From positions 72,602,439 to 72,666,438 of the forward strand of contig JARDVH010000115.1 in assembly GCA_030324005.1 (NCBI GenBank): 64,000 nt of DNA. The letters run 5' to 3'. Of this stretch, positions 13,401 to 28,400 are shown piece by piece. Made by a program: the position numbers and the translations under genes. This DNA is from Negaprion brevirostris (taxonomy: Eukaryota). Below the pieces are notes generated by a model. The model was given only the letters and a program-made list of their open reading frames with translations. It made no database searches and was not told the DNA's origin. Positions within the stretch are counted from its first letter, which is position 1. Each line of letters begins with the position of its first letter.

Positions 13401-16400
13401 CACTAAAGGGCAATTTAGCNNNNNNNNNNNNNNNNNNNNATTGGACTGTGGGAGGAAACCAGAGCACCCAGAGAAAACCCATGCAGACACGACGAACATG
13501 CAGACTCCACAGAGACGGTAACTCAAAGCTAAAATTGAACCTGGGTCCCTGGTGCTATGAGGCAGCAGTGCTAACCACTGTGCAACCGTGCCATTGTTAG
13601 AGCCTGTCAAGCCTGGGGATTTTCACGTCTTCACTGCAATGTTAATGTAAGCCTACTTGTGACACTAATAAATAAACTTTCAAAACCTGGGGAATATCTG
13701 ATGATTAGTGAAGATCGTATGTCATTCAAAGATGAATCTGTAGCATTTTTTTAATATTTTGGCAGAGCCTGCTGAGGACAGAGTTGCTGGCCACCTCAAT
13801 TGCAGTGTGACAGAGTTCCTACTAACATGTTATCCTGCGCTTTCCGAGGACTGTGTCACTTTGCATCTCAGCTTATCAGAGTGCTTGGAACAGATCACAA
13901 AGAAACTTCAAACAGCAATAAAATCTCCTGGTCAGTATCAGAAGTAGAATCCACCTCATATCCTTGTATGTGTTCTGCAATTCAGTGGGGTTTCCCATCA
14001 GTCATGGTATACGTGCTGGCAAGACATGTGGAGCTGACTCTGACTTCTTGCAAATTTGAAACCATCTCAATGCAGGGACGGTGTTGCAAAAAAATCAATA
14101 TTGGGGACAATCTTAGCTGCCGTTTACGCCATGCTCCTGTTGCGCGAGGTTGGAGAATTTGGCGGCCAGCCAAATCTCCATTCACTGTGGCAGGATGGGA
14201 AAATCCTGTCTGCATGAATGGTGGTAAGATTCCGGCCAGTGTATTTAATTCCCACGTTTTTCTTTTGAAAAGCAGCCTGATGGAATTACGCTGTCTGTTA
14301 TCTGTCTCAATTATTTGCCCAAATCCCCAGTTACCGGGTAATCAAATGGGAAATATTAGTGCTTTAGTTGTAGATGATTAAGACGGAGTACACCAAAAGT
14401 GTTATGTCCTGTCACATCTCCTGTATAATTTCACAGGTTGAGGTAATCAAAATTGGTAATATTTAGAAGCAAGTAAACTCTGGAACAGTTTTATCTTAGT
14501 GTTGTCATGCTCTTCTGCATAGTCAAAATATTGCATCAAACATCTTTGTTTCTGAATGACTAGTTTTAGTACGAACCTCTGATTAGATTATTACATCTGC
14601 GTAAATGTGCTGCCTCATTTAATTGTTGAAGTTCATAGAATCCCTACACTGAAGAAGGTGGCCATTCGGCTCATCAAGTCTGCATTAACCACAATCCCCT
14701 GCAGGCCCTATCCCTGTAATGCCACATATTTACTCTGCTAATCCCCCTGACACTAGGGTCAATTTAGCATGGCCAATCAATCTAACCCACACATGTTTGG
14801 ACTGTGGGAGGAAACTGGAGCACCCAGAGGAAATCCACGTAAAAACAGGGAGAATGTGCCAACTCCGCACAGACAGTGACCCAAGGCTGGAATTGAACCC
14901 AGGTACCTGGCGCTGTGAGGCAGCAGCGCTAACCATTGTGCCACCATGCCGCCAGAGGTTCTGAACTATCAATAACACACAAGTTTGATATAGGGTTAAA
15001 ATTTTAAAAATCTGCCTACCAAACAAATATAGGTTTATTCCCAGCCATCTTTTGAACTAATTAGCAAAGAAACAGCACTGAAAGCATATGCATCATTCAT
15101 GATATAAAGTTTAATTTATTACAATCCATCCCATACTGCTGGATTGTTTGGCAGTGCACACAAGCAATTATTAATCTACACAGGTTGATGCTACACAGAT
15201 TGTAATGCTGTTATTTTACCTGCATTTAATCAGAATTTGACACAAATCAAAATGTGCTACAAAAATACATTTCATGGGAATTTTGAACTTTTTAAAATTC
15301 TGAATTGCTTGTTCTATTAATTGGGGACTGATGGATACACAGACTTGTATTTTTTCCCTCATTCCATATATTGGTGCATTAACTTATAGCTTCCATTGCT
15401 ACTCAATTGAAGCATGTGGTAGGATTCAGACAATAGCCATAAACTTTTCAAGATCAGAGTTGAGAGCTGTGGAACATTTTTAGAATTGAGATTAATGTTT
15501 CATAATTTTTATAGAACTATTTTTGATTTTTCTAAGATCTATTAATGTATTGGCTGGAGTATTTACAGTTCAATTTAGCAACTGTAGCTTGCCAAAAAAA
15601 GGATTGTGGAATGATTTGTCCATTAATTATTTATTTTAACGAATGCAAAGTCCCTAAGCCAATCTGTTTCTTCTGGTCCCGTATTGAGTACGGATTGGCC
15701 TCCATTGAGTCTGTGGATTGGATGCTCTTCTATGATGTGCATAGCTTGCAGACTCCCACAGGCACATGGGGCTGGCACTAATGCCCCATCTGTGGAGGTT
15801 GGCCAAGTGGGGGCCATGGCCAGTCCTGAACCTGTTTGTCTGCTGTATTGTAGCACTATATTTTAATGCATTTTTTTTTTAAGGAGCAGCTTGCTTTGCA
15901 GAAACTGGACACGGGCTGTAGGAGTTCCCCATGATCTCTGGAAAATAGCATTGCATAATACATGCCATGATTAATGCTTTTTTAGGTTGAAATAAACTCT
16001 AAAAACCATTTTACTGTTTCAGAAGCAAAAGGAAATATACTCACATGCTTGGAACAAACAAGTTCTCGATCTCAGGATCCAGAAGGGCACACTGCGTGGA
16101 ACCAGATGAAGCAATTGTTGAAGAATCTGGATCAGCAGGCTCACGACATTATAGAAAACCAGACAAGAGCAGACTATGTGCATTGTTCGTTTGACTACAT
16201 TAACACACTTGCATCGGTGCTTGTTCAAAGTATGAACCGAGATATGGGTAAGGCCCATAACAAATTGATTTAAAATTGTAGTAATGTTTCTAAAATAAAT
16301 TGGTAACCGTCCATTGTTTTTGGAAAATAACTGAATGCAAAGAATGACATATTTGCAGAAGATTAGAGGAAGGGAGAAAGGAACAGAATAACATTGTGTG

Positions 16401-19400
16401 CTGCAGCAGAAAGCTGTTCAGTAAATTGGTGTTGCTGAGTATTAGGACGATGAGGCCAGCATTGTATTGATTTAGTGCAACATCACCAAGTCTAATTGTC
16501 TTTTCTTCATCTTAGATCAATCTGCAGAAGTAAAAGTAGAAAATCCCTTCATAGTTCTGCAACAGACCCCATCACAGCTACTTGCACAACTACTTTTTGA
16601 GAAACTAACTTCACCTGATCGGTAGGAGTGATGATTTCAACAGTTGTTCTATTATTTAATGCAAAAAGTATGAGCTGTCAGATTTTTGCATGATGTTTAT
16701 TGTCATCTTACATACCCTCTATTGGTCTGCTCACTCCATATATGAGAAGGCTTTTCAGCTCCTTGAACCTATTCTGCTGTCAATTAGATCATGGTTGATT
16801 GAAAAAGCTAAATGTTTCCAACTTGGAAATCCAAGTAGTGTCTTTTTAGAGGTTTATAAGATGGTAGAAAGGGATACTGGAGCCCTACTTCAAAGGAAAA
16901 CATATATCAGTAAACTCAGAAGCCATAAATTCAAAATGGGGGGAGGCAACTTTAGTTGTGGTGAACAGATGAAATGGGGATGGGGTGGAGGATCCTCTTT
17001 CAGAGAGTCGGTGTAGAAGTTATGGACCGAATGGTCTCCTTCTGTATAGTAGGGATTGTAAGGCTCTGTGGAAATGCATTTCCAGGTGTGTTAAATGAAA
17101 TGGAAACTCTGAAATAATTTAAAATATCTGATTACCAGCAGCTGAACTGTGATGGGTCATTGGTGTTTCTTGTCCTTGAGTGGCTTTCAACCTGTTAACC
17201 CTTTTAGGAATTGAAAAAAACATGTCAAAAACTGAACACTAATTGATTTTGTTCTGTTGCTATTCTGAGAGGAAGATAATTTTTGGTTATTAATTTTGTA
17301 TGTCTCTGGATTCAGAAACAATGACAAACAGCTGTGAGGTTTTTATAAGCATGGGAAAGAATTGTACTTCAGTGCTGTACTTGGTTCATGTGCAGTGTTA
17401 AAAATATCCAGTGAATTGAACACAAGATGCTGCTGTGAAATGCTATATTCAAAAAAGTGCAAGACTTGAACATATTCCTTTTGTTTGCAGAGAACAAGTC
17501 CCTCATATAAATGTATGTTGCTTTGAGTAAGCATAAATGAGCCACATTATGAGATTGTAGGATTATCCTAAATTTGTTGTTAGTGTCGCCAGTAGCACTC
17601 AGGATTGTTTGGCAAGTGTTACCCAATCAAAAGGAATCTGTTCAAGCATTGTGCTTTGTTTAAATTAACTGGGAGTTTGGGGAACCTGTAGTTCTCTTTT
17701 GCTTTCTTTACGGCAATGCTGCAGTCAATTAGAGTCAACTTGCCAATGAATCAGCACCTTATTCTCATGTAGTATAAATTGTTGTGATTTGTTTGAAATT
17801 TGGCCTTCTTACATTTGTCCTGGTGAGTGCGAGATGCAAAGCTTTGGCACCATGCCTGTCTTTTCAACATGTACAAATAAGCATCTGTTTAAAGTACTGA
17901 AAATCTAATGATTACTGAAAATTGGCTTGTATATTCTGAACATGGCATAACTCTTTTGAAGACATTTGAATGTTTTAGGATATAATGAATGCCATATTTA
18001 AGACATTATATCACATCTTAATCATATAATTAAACACTTCAAAGTACCGCACATGCTGAATATTATGTGTTTAGATTTTATTGTTGACAGTATGGTATCC
18101 AGTCTGCATGAGAATTGGTTCTCAAACAGCAATTTATTGGTATTATTGAGTGCATTGATATTGTTTATGGCTACATGAAATGTATTCTCACCCGTAGGTT
18201 GTTTATGTTACTGCACAAGGAAGAATTGAACTTGAATATACAGCAGATTATTGTTAACTGCTGCTGTGAGTATCTTCCTCTGTGGAACACCAGGAAATTC
18301 AGTCAGTACCCAAGGTTTCTCAGTGAAGTGACTGGACTGATTGAAGAACATACAAAACACTGCCTGCCTGATTTGGGAATCAGCTTCCCAAGCTCATGGG
18401 CAGAAGAAAACCTAAAGGATGAATCCCCAGATTTTTCCTTGGGACGATATTCTCTCATTCCTTCTGCCCTGAATTTCATCAAGTCTCGTTCAGAGTTGCT
18501 CGCAGTCCTTGTCTGTCTAACGGCGACACAGGGTCAAAGGGCACTCAAGCACAGTCCATCATGGAAGGAGCGTTTAAGTGGTCGTACAGAGGCACCCCTT
18601 GACGTGGAACAGATCTCCAAGGAGTGTGAGCAGTTAATGAAGCAATTTCCGATCCTCAACCACTACCTTTCTACAATGGCCGAACCTTTTCTTGGAACTC
18701 ATGAAGAAGCTGCCAGCCTTGAGGACTCTTTGTGTGGTAACCCATGCACCACCCTCTTGCTATCAGGTCTTCATTCAGAGATAGCTGTAAGCACACTTGC
18801 AGAAGCCTTCAGACAAGTCCTGTGTGATGGTCACTGGCTCAGAGCATTGAAAATTCTTGATTTGTATGGTGCTGAGAATGACGAGTTTGAGAAACTGCAA
18901 GATATCCTGCTCAGCTGTTCTGTTGTGGAAGGTAAGGCTATAACACATTCACAAATAATCGTGAATCGTCAGATCCACTGTGCATTTAAGTCCAACTTAA
19001 AATGTAAATGCCTACCTGGGAAGGGTAGAATGGTTTCCAAGAAAACACATGTCTAAAATATGTAGCTATTGCATCTCCACCTCATGTAGATTAATGTGAT
19101 TGGCAAAAACATATTTGGTGTTTTCCCCATTACGCCTATGTTGAAATCCTGCAAAAACTGAGTGTTTTTCCAAAAATCCTTAATCCTTTTAAGGATATCT
19201 ATATAATAAAATAAACTGCCCTCTGCTGATCTCTACATTGAGCTTTTTCTACACTGACAGCTACTGACATTCTCTATTCCTTTTATATAAAAAACATTAA
19301 GGGATTTTCTGACAAAATTGAACTCCCAGATGTGTTTCTTTTTCGGAATCACAGACTTGTTATGTCACAGGAGGAGGCCATTAAGCCCATCTCTCTCTCC

Positions 19401-22400
19401 AAAGGAGCCTTCTGACTTAAAGCAATTTCCGTTCCTTTGCCCCATATCCCTGCATGTCATTTCTGTTCGAATAATCATCTAATGCCGTCTTGAATACCTT
19501 GGTTAAACCTGCCTCCACCACTCTTCCAGGTAGTGCAGTCCTGACTCAAAGCACTTGTGTGAAAAATATTTTTCTCATCGCATTTACTTCTTTTGCAAAT
19601 CACTTTAAATCTATGCTCTCTCATTCTTGTTTACGAGCAGGAAGTTTCTCCCTATCTGCTCTTTCCAATACCCTCATGGAATCTGTAATATCTTAATTAT
19701 TACTTGTAGCACCCCCAAAGTACACATTGTTTATTTGTGTATCAGTTTGTAATAAAACATGTTAACATCTGCGTGCCCATGTCTGTCAGAATTTTCCATT
19801 GTTCGTTTATTCCTTTGTTCACATTTCAGAGATTGCCTATGCTGGCTTGTTGCTGTACTTCCCCTCCTGCCAGTGGAGGCTGTGCACCACTACTGGTAGG
19901 AGAACTAATTACAGTGCAGAATTATGTAGGTAGTTTCCCTTGGAAATGTGAACAAAGGAACTTATAATAGAAGTGCATGAAAACAAAGACAGAATGAATG
20001 AATTCAGAATGTTATATCATTTTGCTCTGGTACAGTTGGGTACACTTTGTTTTGATCCCCACGTAACATTGTGGTACGTTCAAGTTCTTCAGTCAGTGTG
20101 TCAGTCTTTTCCATTATAAATTGTGGTGCCCATATTTATGTGTGAAACTGTAAACATATTCTGTTGTAATAGTGTCCTCTTACAATGGAAACATTGCATG
20201 GGGTGATTAGTATTTGCCAATGTTTTGTAACCAAGCGTTGGAAGCAGTCTTCCACATTAGCTTGTCTTTCTGCTGCCCACTGTACTGTAATCTGATCTGT
20301 CCATGTTAGAGTGACAAGGACACGTCACACAAAATAACAGTCTACAAATGCTGTTTTCACACGCTATTATCCAACTTAACAAATACTGTAGCATTTACTT
20401 CCTTTTGAATTCTGATAGTGAAGTGGTTCACCCTCGTAAATGAGAGTCACTAGTTTAATTATCACCTTGGTAATTAATGTTATTTTGATAATGTATTTCT
20501 CTTATGTGGGCAGAGAAAGAAGGTTGGAAATACCTGTTCCGTATAAGAAATGCAACTTTGCGGGCAAAGCTTGTTCTCCACTGCTCAGAGAAGTGGCCGC
20601 TTGATGCTTGCCTTGAGGTTCTGCTATATTGCCTAAGTGACCCCAGTACAGATAAAAGCGAGTTAAAGTCAGATCTACATGCCAGGAAGAAGGAACTGCA
20701 GGTTTATGAAAAGGTATGGGGCATCCATTGATAATCAATTGATGTGATATTATGAAGGATGTTGGATAGCACAGGATCATTGGAAATTATTGGCCAAATG
20801 ATGCCAGATCGTGGAATTTGTTTCACTCCGTGCTACAGAATGATTTATTTTGTTATTCTCTCCTTAACTGTCACACGGACATGCGACTAGCTGTAGAATC
20901 ATTCTTAAAAACATAGATTTTTTTTTGCATTAACACCCCAGTACAAATATACTCTTTTGTTACGGGGTCCTTTACAGTATGCGCTTTTGACTACTTGCAT
21001 CTGATGCTTTATGTGTGGTTACAACCACATTAAAGTGTATTTCCTTGGGTGGGGGACATGACAAGGGACTCTTGAAATACATTTCTAACCCTTTCTATGC
21101 CAACATTTTGCTGTCATTTTGTTCGATGTTGCTATACTTAAAATCCAAAGTNNNNNNNNNNNNNNNNNNNNNNNNNNNNNNNNNNNNNNNNNNNNNNNNN
21201 NATCAGAATGTTGGTAGTTTTATCATTTAACATTTGGAATGTTTATATCATGCAGGGAAATGTCAACAACACTAGTTTTAGTGGCTAAGTCAAATTTTTT
21301 TTGCACGTTGACCATGGTTATTTCGCAGGTGCAAATCCTACAATGGCATCTAATTGTTGTGAGTGGCTGAAAATGTGATTTGTGTCGGTGAGATCTGTAC
21401 CTGATTCCATACATTTTTAATAAATTAACATCTATATAACTGCCATAATGCCCGCTTGCAATTTATCCTCTCACCCAGTCGGCATAACGTAAGTCACGAA
21501 TCACCACTTGTTCTCAAAACGAACACCTGTCATGACTATAGTGGGGGCGTGGAAGGGAACATAGCAGCCAGGTGGTGAGGGACAGGGCTGGGCAATGGCC
21601 TGACATTGTCAGGAACAGGCACTCATGGAGTGGGGGAATGTGGGTGGTGGCATGTCACAACCAATGCTTGTGGTAAGCAGCTTGATCTCCTGCATGATTG
21701 GGGGGTATTCTCCTTGTCCGCCATGGGTGCCAGTTCCCATGGGGGTACATGCTTTCATTCAACTTTTAAGATATGGTACGCTTTAAAAATGGTGCCCTGA
21801 TCTCAGAACTCTGGCGATGCTGGCATGATGGGCTCCACTCCTCCAGCTGGCTGTGTGATTTTCTGAAATTGCAGGCTAATGTTAAATCAAGTTAGAAAAG
21901 GCATCTATGAAGGTGGTGAGTTTCACATAGCTTTTCCTGCCTGATCCAACACTGTACAATTTTAGGAAAATTCACCCATTGTGAATAGCCAACTGATAAA
22001 TGAAAACTCAATAGTGAGTGGCACAATAGAGGGTGAAGAATGGATGCACAGAGTGGTGATGTAAGAGCAAATGTGTTAACATTCATAACCAGAAATGGGA
22101 GAGATAAGAGACCAGCGAAGCTGGAATTTTTCTCGTTCAAGAAATTAAAGATGAAGGGAGATTTAATAGCGATGTTTATGATGGGTGTTGATTATGAAGA
22201 TGGGAAGAAGCTGTTTCCATTAGCATCTGAATTAGTGATAGGTTGATTTACTGAATAGCAGTGCTCCACAAACTAGTCACACGTTCACAATGCACACCAA
22301 GAATTACCTCAGATATGCCCAATTGAACAGAAACTGCCGAAGTACAGTTAACATCTCACCTGTAAGCCTTGTGCTTACTTGGTTTGGTCGACCTCCTAAA

Positions 22401-25400
22401 AGGCTGAAGGATAGGCTGCTTTTAAAAAAAAAAAAAAATTCTCTACTCTTTCGGGTAAGCTGAGATAAGAATCAACCAAGACTGAGAACTTTTTAACAAT
22501 TGATTTTATTAGCATTAAAACACAACATGTTTAAAGAGCGATCTTGGGCTTGATTTATTATTATCACATGTATTGCGTTACAGGTATTGTTTCTTGTGCT
22601 CTATACAGACAAAGCATACCATTCATTAGAGTACATAGGGGAGAAGGAAAGGAGAGGGTGCCGAATATAGTGTTGTAGTTACAGGTAGGGTGAAAAGAAA
22701 GGTCAGCTTAATGNNNNNNNNNNNNNNNNNNNNNNNNNNNNNNNNNNNNNNNNNNNNNNNNNNNNNNNNNNNNNNNNNNNNNNNNNNNNNNNNNNNNNNN
22801 NNNNNNNNNNNNNGTGCAGAATATAGTGTTGTAGTTACAGGTAGGGTGAAAAGAAAGGTCAGCTTAATGTGTAATAGTAGCATTCAAAAGTCTGATGACT
22901 TGAGGGAGGAAGGTGTTCTTGAGTCTGTTGCCAAGTGTTTTCAGACTTTTGTATCTTTTTCCTGATGGAAGAGGGTGGGACAGAGAATGTCCAGGATGCA
23001 TGGGGTCCATGATTTTACTGGCCGCTTTCCTAAGGCAGCGGGAAGCACAGACAGAGTCGTGGATGGGAGACTGGTTTGAGTGATGAACTGGGCTACGTTC
23101 AGCACTCTTTGTAGTTTCTTGCAGTCTTGGACAGAGTAGGAGACATATCAAGTTGTGATACAACTGGGAAGGATGCTTTTTATAGGGCATTGGTAAAAAT
23201 TGGTAAGAATTGTAGACGTGCCGAATTTCCTGAACCTTCTGCGAAAGTAGAGGCATTGGTGGGCTTTCTTAAATGTAATGTTGGTGTGGAAGGTCCAGGA
23301 CTGATTGTCAGTAACCTGAACATCTAAAACCTTGAAGTTCTTGACCATTTCCACTTCATCCCCATACCATAAGTGATGTTATTTTGTTTTTGAAGAGGAT
23401 TGGTTCATCTGGATCTATCTCTTTGAACTTAATAAAATGGAGGGTTTTTTAGTGTACTTGATAATGCACATACAAACTTCTATAGTACGAGCCTTATCCT
23501 TTTTCTCATGGTTTGAAACAAGTTGATGCTTAGAATATCTGATGCTTACAGCAACTCTCCAGTTTTTCAAAGCCTATCAGCAGCTGTCTTCAATTTTATC
23601 TTGCTAAATGAGATGAATTTCATTTAGAAACGCAAAGTTGAAGACAGTTGCCAATGGGCTTTAGAGTTTCTAAATGAACTTCATCTCATCTAACTCCTAA
23701 ACAGCCACAGCTCCATGATTTATCCTGTGGTTTCACTACTTGTAACTGTATTCTGCCATTTTAGGAGCTAATCCAGCTCATCGTTTTAGTTTCCTTAAGA
23801 TGGATACTTGGGTTTTATATTGAAGGTCCAAAATCCTTCTGATGAATAGATGAACAGGATCTAGGTCAGGTGAAAGGCCACAGATTTGGGCAGTTCCGAG
23901 GTGGAAGATGAATCAAGGGACAAGTGAGGAATTGGGGAGTGTGCAAAGGTTAATTGAGGAAATTTTTGAGCACTCTGGGCATCAGGGTCTAAATCATTGT
24001 TGGGAGAATGGAGTGGTGAACTGTGAAATAAGAAACCAAACCAAGTGAGACAATAGGTTAAAAATAAATGAAAGGCGAAATGGGTGAAAAGTTAGCTGGA
24101 ANNNNNNNNNNAGAAGTCAGTATTGGAAAGCTTGCTCCACAGCTCCTTCATTTGGCTGGGACCTGCAACATGTCAATAACTAACTGGGAGGAGCGTTTGC
24201 ATTTTCAGTAGAGTTTCAGCTACTGGATGGGCTAAAAATTAACGATGATGAGGATGTATTAGAAAGATAGCCACATTTTGATAGTCACCATGCATTCAAA
24301 AGCAACAGAGGGAAATTGCCCATCATCTTCCAACCCCACCTTAATATGGAAGTGGTAACGGAGTACTGGAAAAAATATATTGTCAATTAATTGCATTATT
24401 CACAGGACTTGCATAGAATAGGCCCAATTCCATACTGATGTTTAAAATTCAACACTAACATCAGCCCACCAACTTAAAAGTATAACCATTTCTTCTTTTC
24501 TCCCTCATGTTGATCAAGCTTCCCTTTAAATGCATCTGTTTCGACTACTTGTGGTAGCAATTTCTCCATGCTGACTATTCCCTGGGTAAAGAAACTTTTT
24601 TGCCAAATTAGAGACTCATATGACCCCTAATTCTGGTCTCCACACATAGAAGTATTTTCAGCACATATCAAGCATTTCCCTCTATCTGACTGAGCAAATC
24701 CTTTCATATTCGTAAAGGTCTCTCAGGTCACCCCTCAACTGCTTTTCTGAAAACAAGCTTTCAGTTTTATGTATTGTTAGAGCTGTACAGTCGCAGTTAA
24801 TGAATTATTGAATGTATACAATCTGATCACGGTTATTTCAAATTGCTAGTTTGTCAAATTTTTTCAATGCACTTTAATGTGATAAAATTACTTTGCTGAA
24901 CTGTCAAACTCTTCATTTATGATGCTTTTGTTCCAGAAATGACTCAGAATATAGTAAATTGCTAAGGATATGGGGAAAAGGCAAGAGAATGGCATTAAGT
25001 TATGATGCTCATTCGGAGAGTTGGTGCAGATATGGTGGGCCAAATGGCCTTTAGCACCGTAACAATTCTTTAATTGGTGTTTTGGGTTCTAAACTGAAGG
25101 TTTGTTTTGATAGATCCTTAATCTAGAATCTCCGGTACCTTGGTCTGGCTGGCAGGAATTGCGAACTGAATCTAATGTAAACCCACAGACTGTGATGGAC
25201 ATCATTTTGCAAGCTGAGGTAAGTGAAATGTTTTCTTGTACTTTTAAGATCTCTCTTGGAGAGTCATAATTGTTGGCATGAGAATTAAATTGTTTTGTAA
25301 ATGTTTTTAAAATTGACTGATTATTGGTGAAGTGGTNNNNNNNNNNNTGACCTGGGGCCAGTCAAACCTGCATTTACTTAATGAATGGCTCATAATCTTC

Positions 25401-28400
25401 AGGATGATTGACTACCAATTACATGTTACTTTTGAAAAGGGAGAGTTACATTACAGTTAGCTACAACTGATAGGTTCTGTGGGGTCAATTGATTGCATTT
25501 ATTGAATTAGAATAGATTGTTCTTGTTTCATTTATAACAAAATTGTTCTATTTTAAAAGTGTAAATTAAAATAAATTGCATATGTTTAATGGAAAAGAGA
25601 CTAAATTAAGAATGTTAAGAATATAAAGTTTATGACATTGCTTGTTTTGGGACTTTAAGGTAAATTGAGAAATGAAGGAAGTCATGTTATCTACTCTGAA
25701 TTTAGCCTGACAAGTCTGAGTAGCTTGATTGCTTGAGAAACAATGGGGCCAGGTTAACTTGCTTGAAAAAGGTGAAAGATGCTCATGCCCCATAGACAGT
25801 AAGAAGAGCAGTTGTGCTAACTTAAGGCAGAGTGTTAGCCTTCAACTCTTACATGGAGGTATTAGGAACTTCAGGCTTTATAAATGTCTCTACTTCAGGC
25901 AATTTATTTACTACTAAGATAAAACTGAATTGGGAGTTCAGAAGATAGCTAATTAGTATTTCTACCTGGGTACAAGGCCCATGTGATTCAGGTTGCTGCA
26001 GTGGTAGACTTTGGGAAGGGAAGAGTCAAAAGGAAACTGTTTTAGTATCAGATTGGGGGTTTTCTAAGATATTCCCTGAACTGGCTGCAGCTGTCTTAGA
26101 GGCAGAGAGAGGAGATGAATGGAGCCAGTCCTTTGCCTGAAGAAAAGAAAATGCTGACTCTATCATTTATCATGTGTGGGTGAGAGCATCGGCTCAGATT
26201 GAGAGAGCTTGAGAGGATTTAAAGAAGGCTCAAAGGTTTGCCTATCTTGGGGTAGAGGGAAGGAATCTCCATTGTAACTGTCACCATAAAAATCAGTTCC
26301 GGGATTAGAGGTTATCCAGCTGGGTAAAATAAACAGGCTGTGGGGAGCTGAGGGTAAATTGGGACTAATACCTGGAGGATCAAGTATTCTGTTAAGGGAC
26401 AGCATAAAGTATAATTGTAAATTTTCAGTCATTAAAAGGGGCATTTCTTGACTGTAGTTCAGGGTACAGGTTGCCTAATGAATAGTATTTAGACAATGTT
26501 GTTTTTAATTTGTTTGTTATAGTAGGAGTCTGTAAACTTGAAACTCTTATGTGATGCTTCCAGTCAATCACTAGAAGTTCAAATATCTTTTTAAAAAATT
26601 ATTGGTCTCTATTGGATTGTAACAAATGTGAGAATAAACCATATGTAGGTGATTATGATGCCAAACATTTGTGGAAAAATAAAATTAGTGTATTAGAGGT
26701 AGGTATGAAATTTGCCAAAATTAGGAAGCAAAAGAAGACTTGTTTTGCATTGCAAAAGCTGTGAAGGATCAATGAGTTCCTGAATGAAAACATTGAAATA
26801 GTAGTTAGATCTGAAAGCAATTCAATTAGTCAATGATAGAATAGAATAGAATGCTTTCCAAATCTTAATTTGCCAAAATCTCAAACCTCAGAATAAATTT
26901 TGGGTATCAGGTATCAGTCCCAATTTACCCTCAGCTTCACACGGCCTGTTTCCTTTACCCAGCTGGATAACCTCTAATCCCAGAACTGATTTTTATTGTG
27001 ACAGTTACAATGGAGATTCTTTCCCTCTACCCCAAGCTAGACAAATCTTTGAACCTGCTTTAAATCCTTTTGGGCTCTCTCAATCTGAGCCTGTGCTCTC
27101 ACCCGTGCATGGTAAATGATATAGTTTGAGAGGTGATATCAAAATAAATTCTTTTTTCAGTTTACCTTGGTATTAACCAGATGGCTAGTACCTGGTATGA
27201 ATTGTCTTGTCCGATTACTTTGTTGTTTTCACTTTGCACACACATTGGATTCTGTTTGCTAAAAGCTCGATAAATTGTGTGCAGGAGTTTGAGCTTTGCG
27301 AAGCTTGGGTCCAGCTGCATCCCGTGTCGGTACATTTTACTATGAAACTCCAGCGTGAATATCTCCTTCACCTACTTGAGAAAGGAGATGTAGAGAGAGC
27401 ATTCCAGGCAAGTACTACAATAGAAAACTTTCAAAAATGTTTCTGTTCTGTATTGGGACAAAATATGATTCCGTTTATAGAGAAGGTATTAATTAAAAAT
27501 GTCAATACTTAAGTTACTTTTGTAACTCACAGATGCATTTGATGTGTAGGATCTGTGTCTGTCGAAGTTACTTGATGCTTTTAGTTAATAAAAATCTTAG
27601 CAATCTCAGTCTTAAACTTGACAATTGATTTAGCTTTACTTGCCATCTGCAAAAGAGTTCAAAACTTCTACTGTCCTTCATAGAAATAATTCCTGATTTT
27701 ACTCCTGTAAGGTCTCGGTCCAATTTTAAAACTGTGCCTCTTAGTCCTGGACTTCAGAAACAGCCAGAATAGTTTCTCTCTGTCTATGCTGTCAGTTCTC
27801 CTTAATATCTTGAAACCTTCAACCAAGCCATCCAGTAGCTATCTGAATTCAAGAGAAAACAATCCTGATTTGTTCCTTGTAATTACATCCTCGGAGTCAG
27901 GTATCATTCTGATACATCCTGCTGTGTTTCCCTCGAAGTGCAACATAGTCTTCCGAAGGTGTGCTGCCCTTCTTTCAATGCTCCAAGTGTGGCCTAACCA
28001 GGATTTTGTGTTGCTGAAACATGATCTCTACCCCTTTGTATTCTAGTTATAAGGGTCAGAATTCCATTCATCTTTTTGATTATTTTCTGTACTTTGTTCA
28101 CATTCTGTGTTCCTGGACCTTCACAGTTCCTAGCTTTTCACTTTTTAGATTGTACCTTGTCAAATCCTTTTTATTTTCAATATTTGTGCACACTGAAATC
28201 CATTTCCTGCAACTTTTCTCATTCATTAAATCTATCAATAATTTTCTGTAATGTTACTCTTCCATTCACTATGCTTATAGTTCCACTTGTCTTTGTGTCA
28301 TCTGCAAATTTGGATATGTGGCTTTCTATCCATTATCTAAACCATTAGTAAAGTAGATTTTTTAAAATAGCTGAAATATGCAGAGTTTTGACTCCCTTCT

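Noticed and set aside
13800-14381. 193-aa ORF overlapping a ZFYVE26 exon in another frame
   Set aside because: Non-ATG start, runs through intron and MITE sequence, and has no recognisable domain.
12231-14964. Recurrent similar short ORFs (e.g. [30 protein letters not shown]) suggesting a peptide family
   Set aside because: They are translations of the V-SINE core in various frames.
22658-22870. Apparent ~55-bp tandem duplication around a 100-N gap
   Set aside because: Near-identical flanks (one difference) either side of a fixed-size gap indicate an unmerged, probably heterozygous contig overlap.
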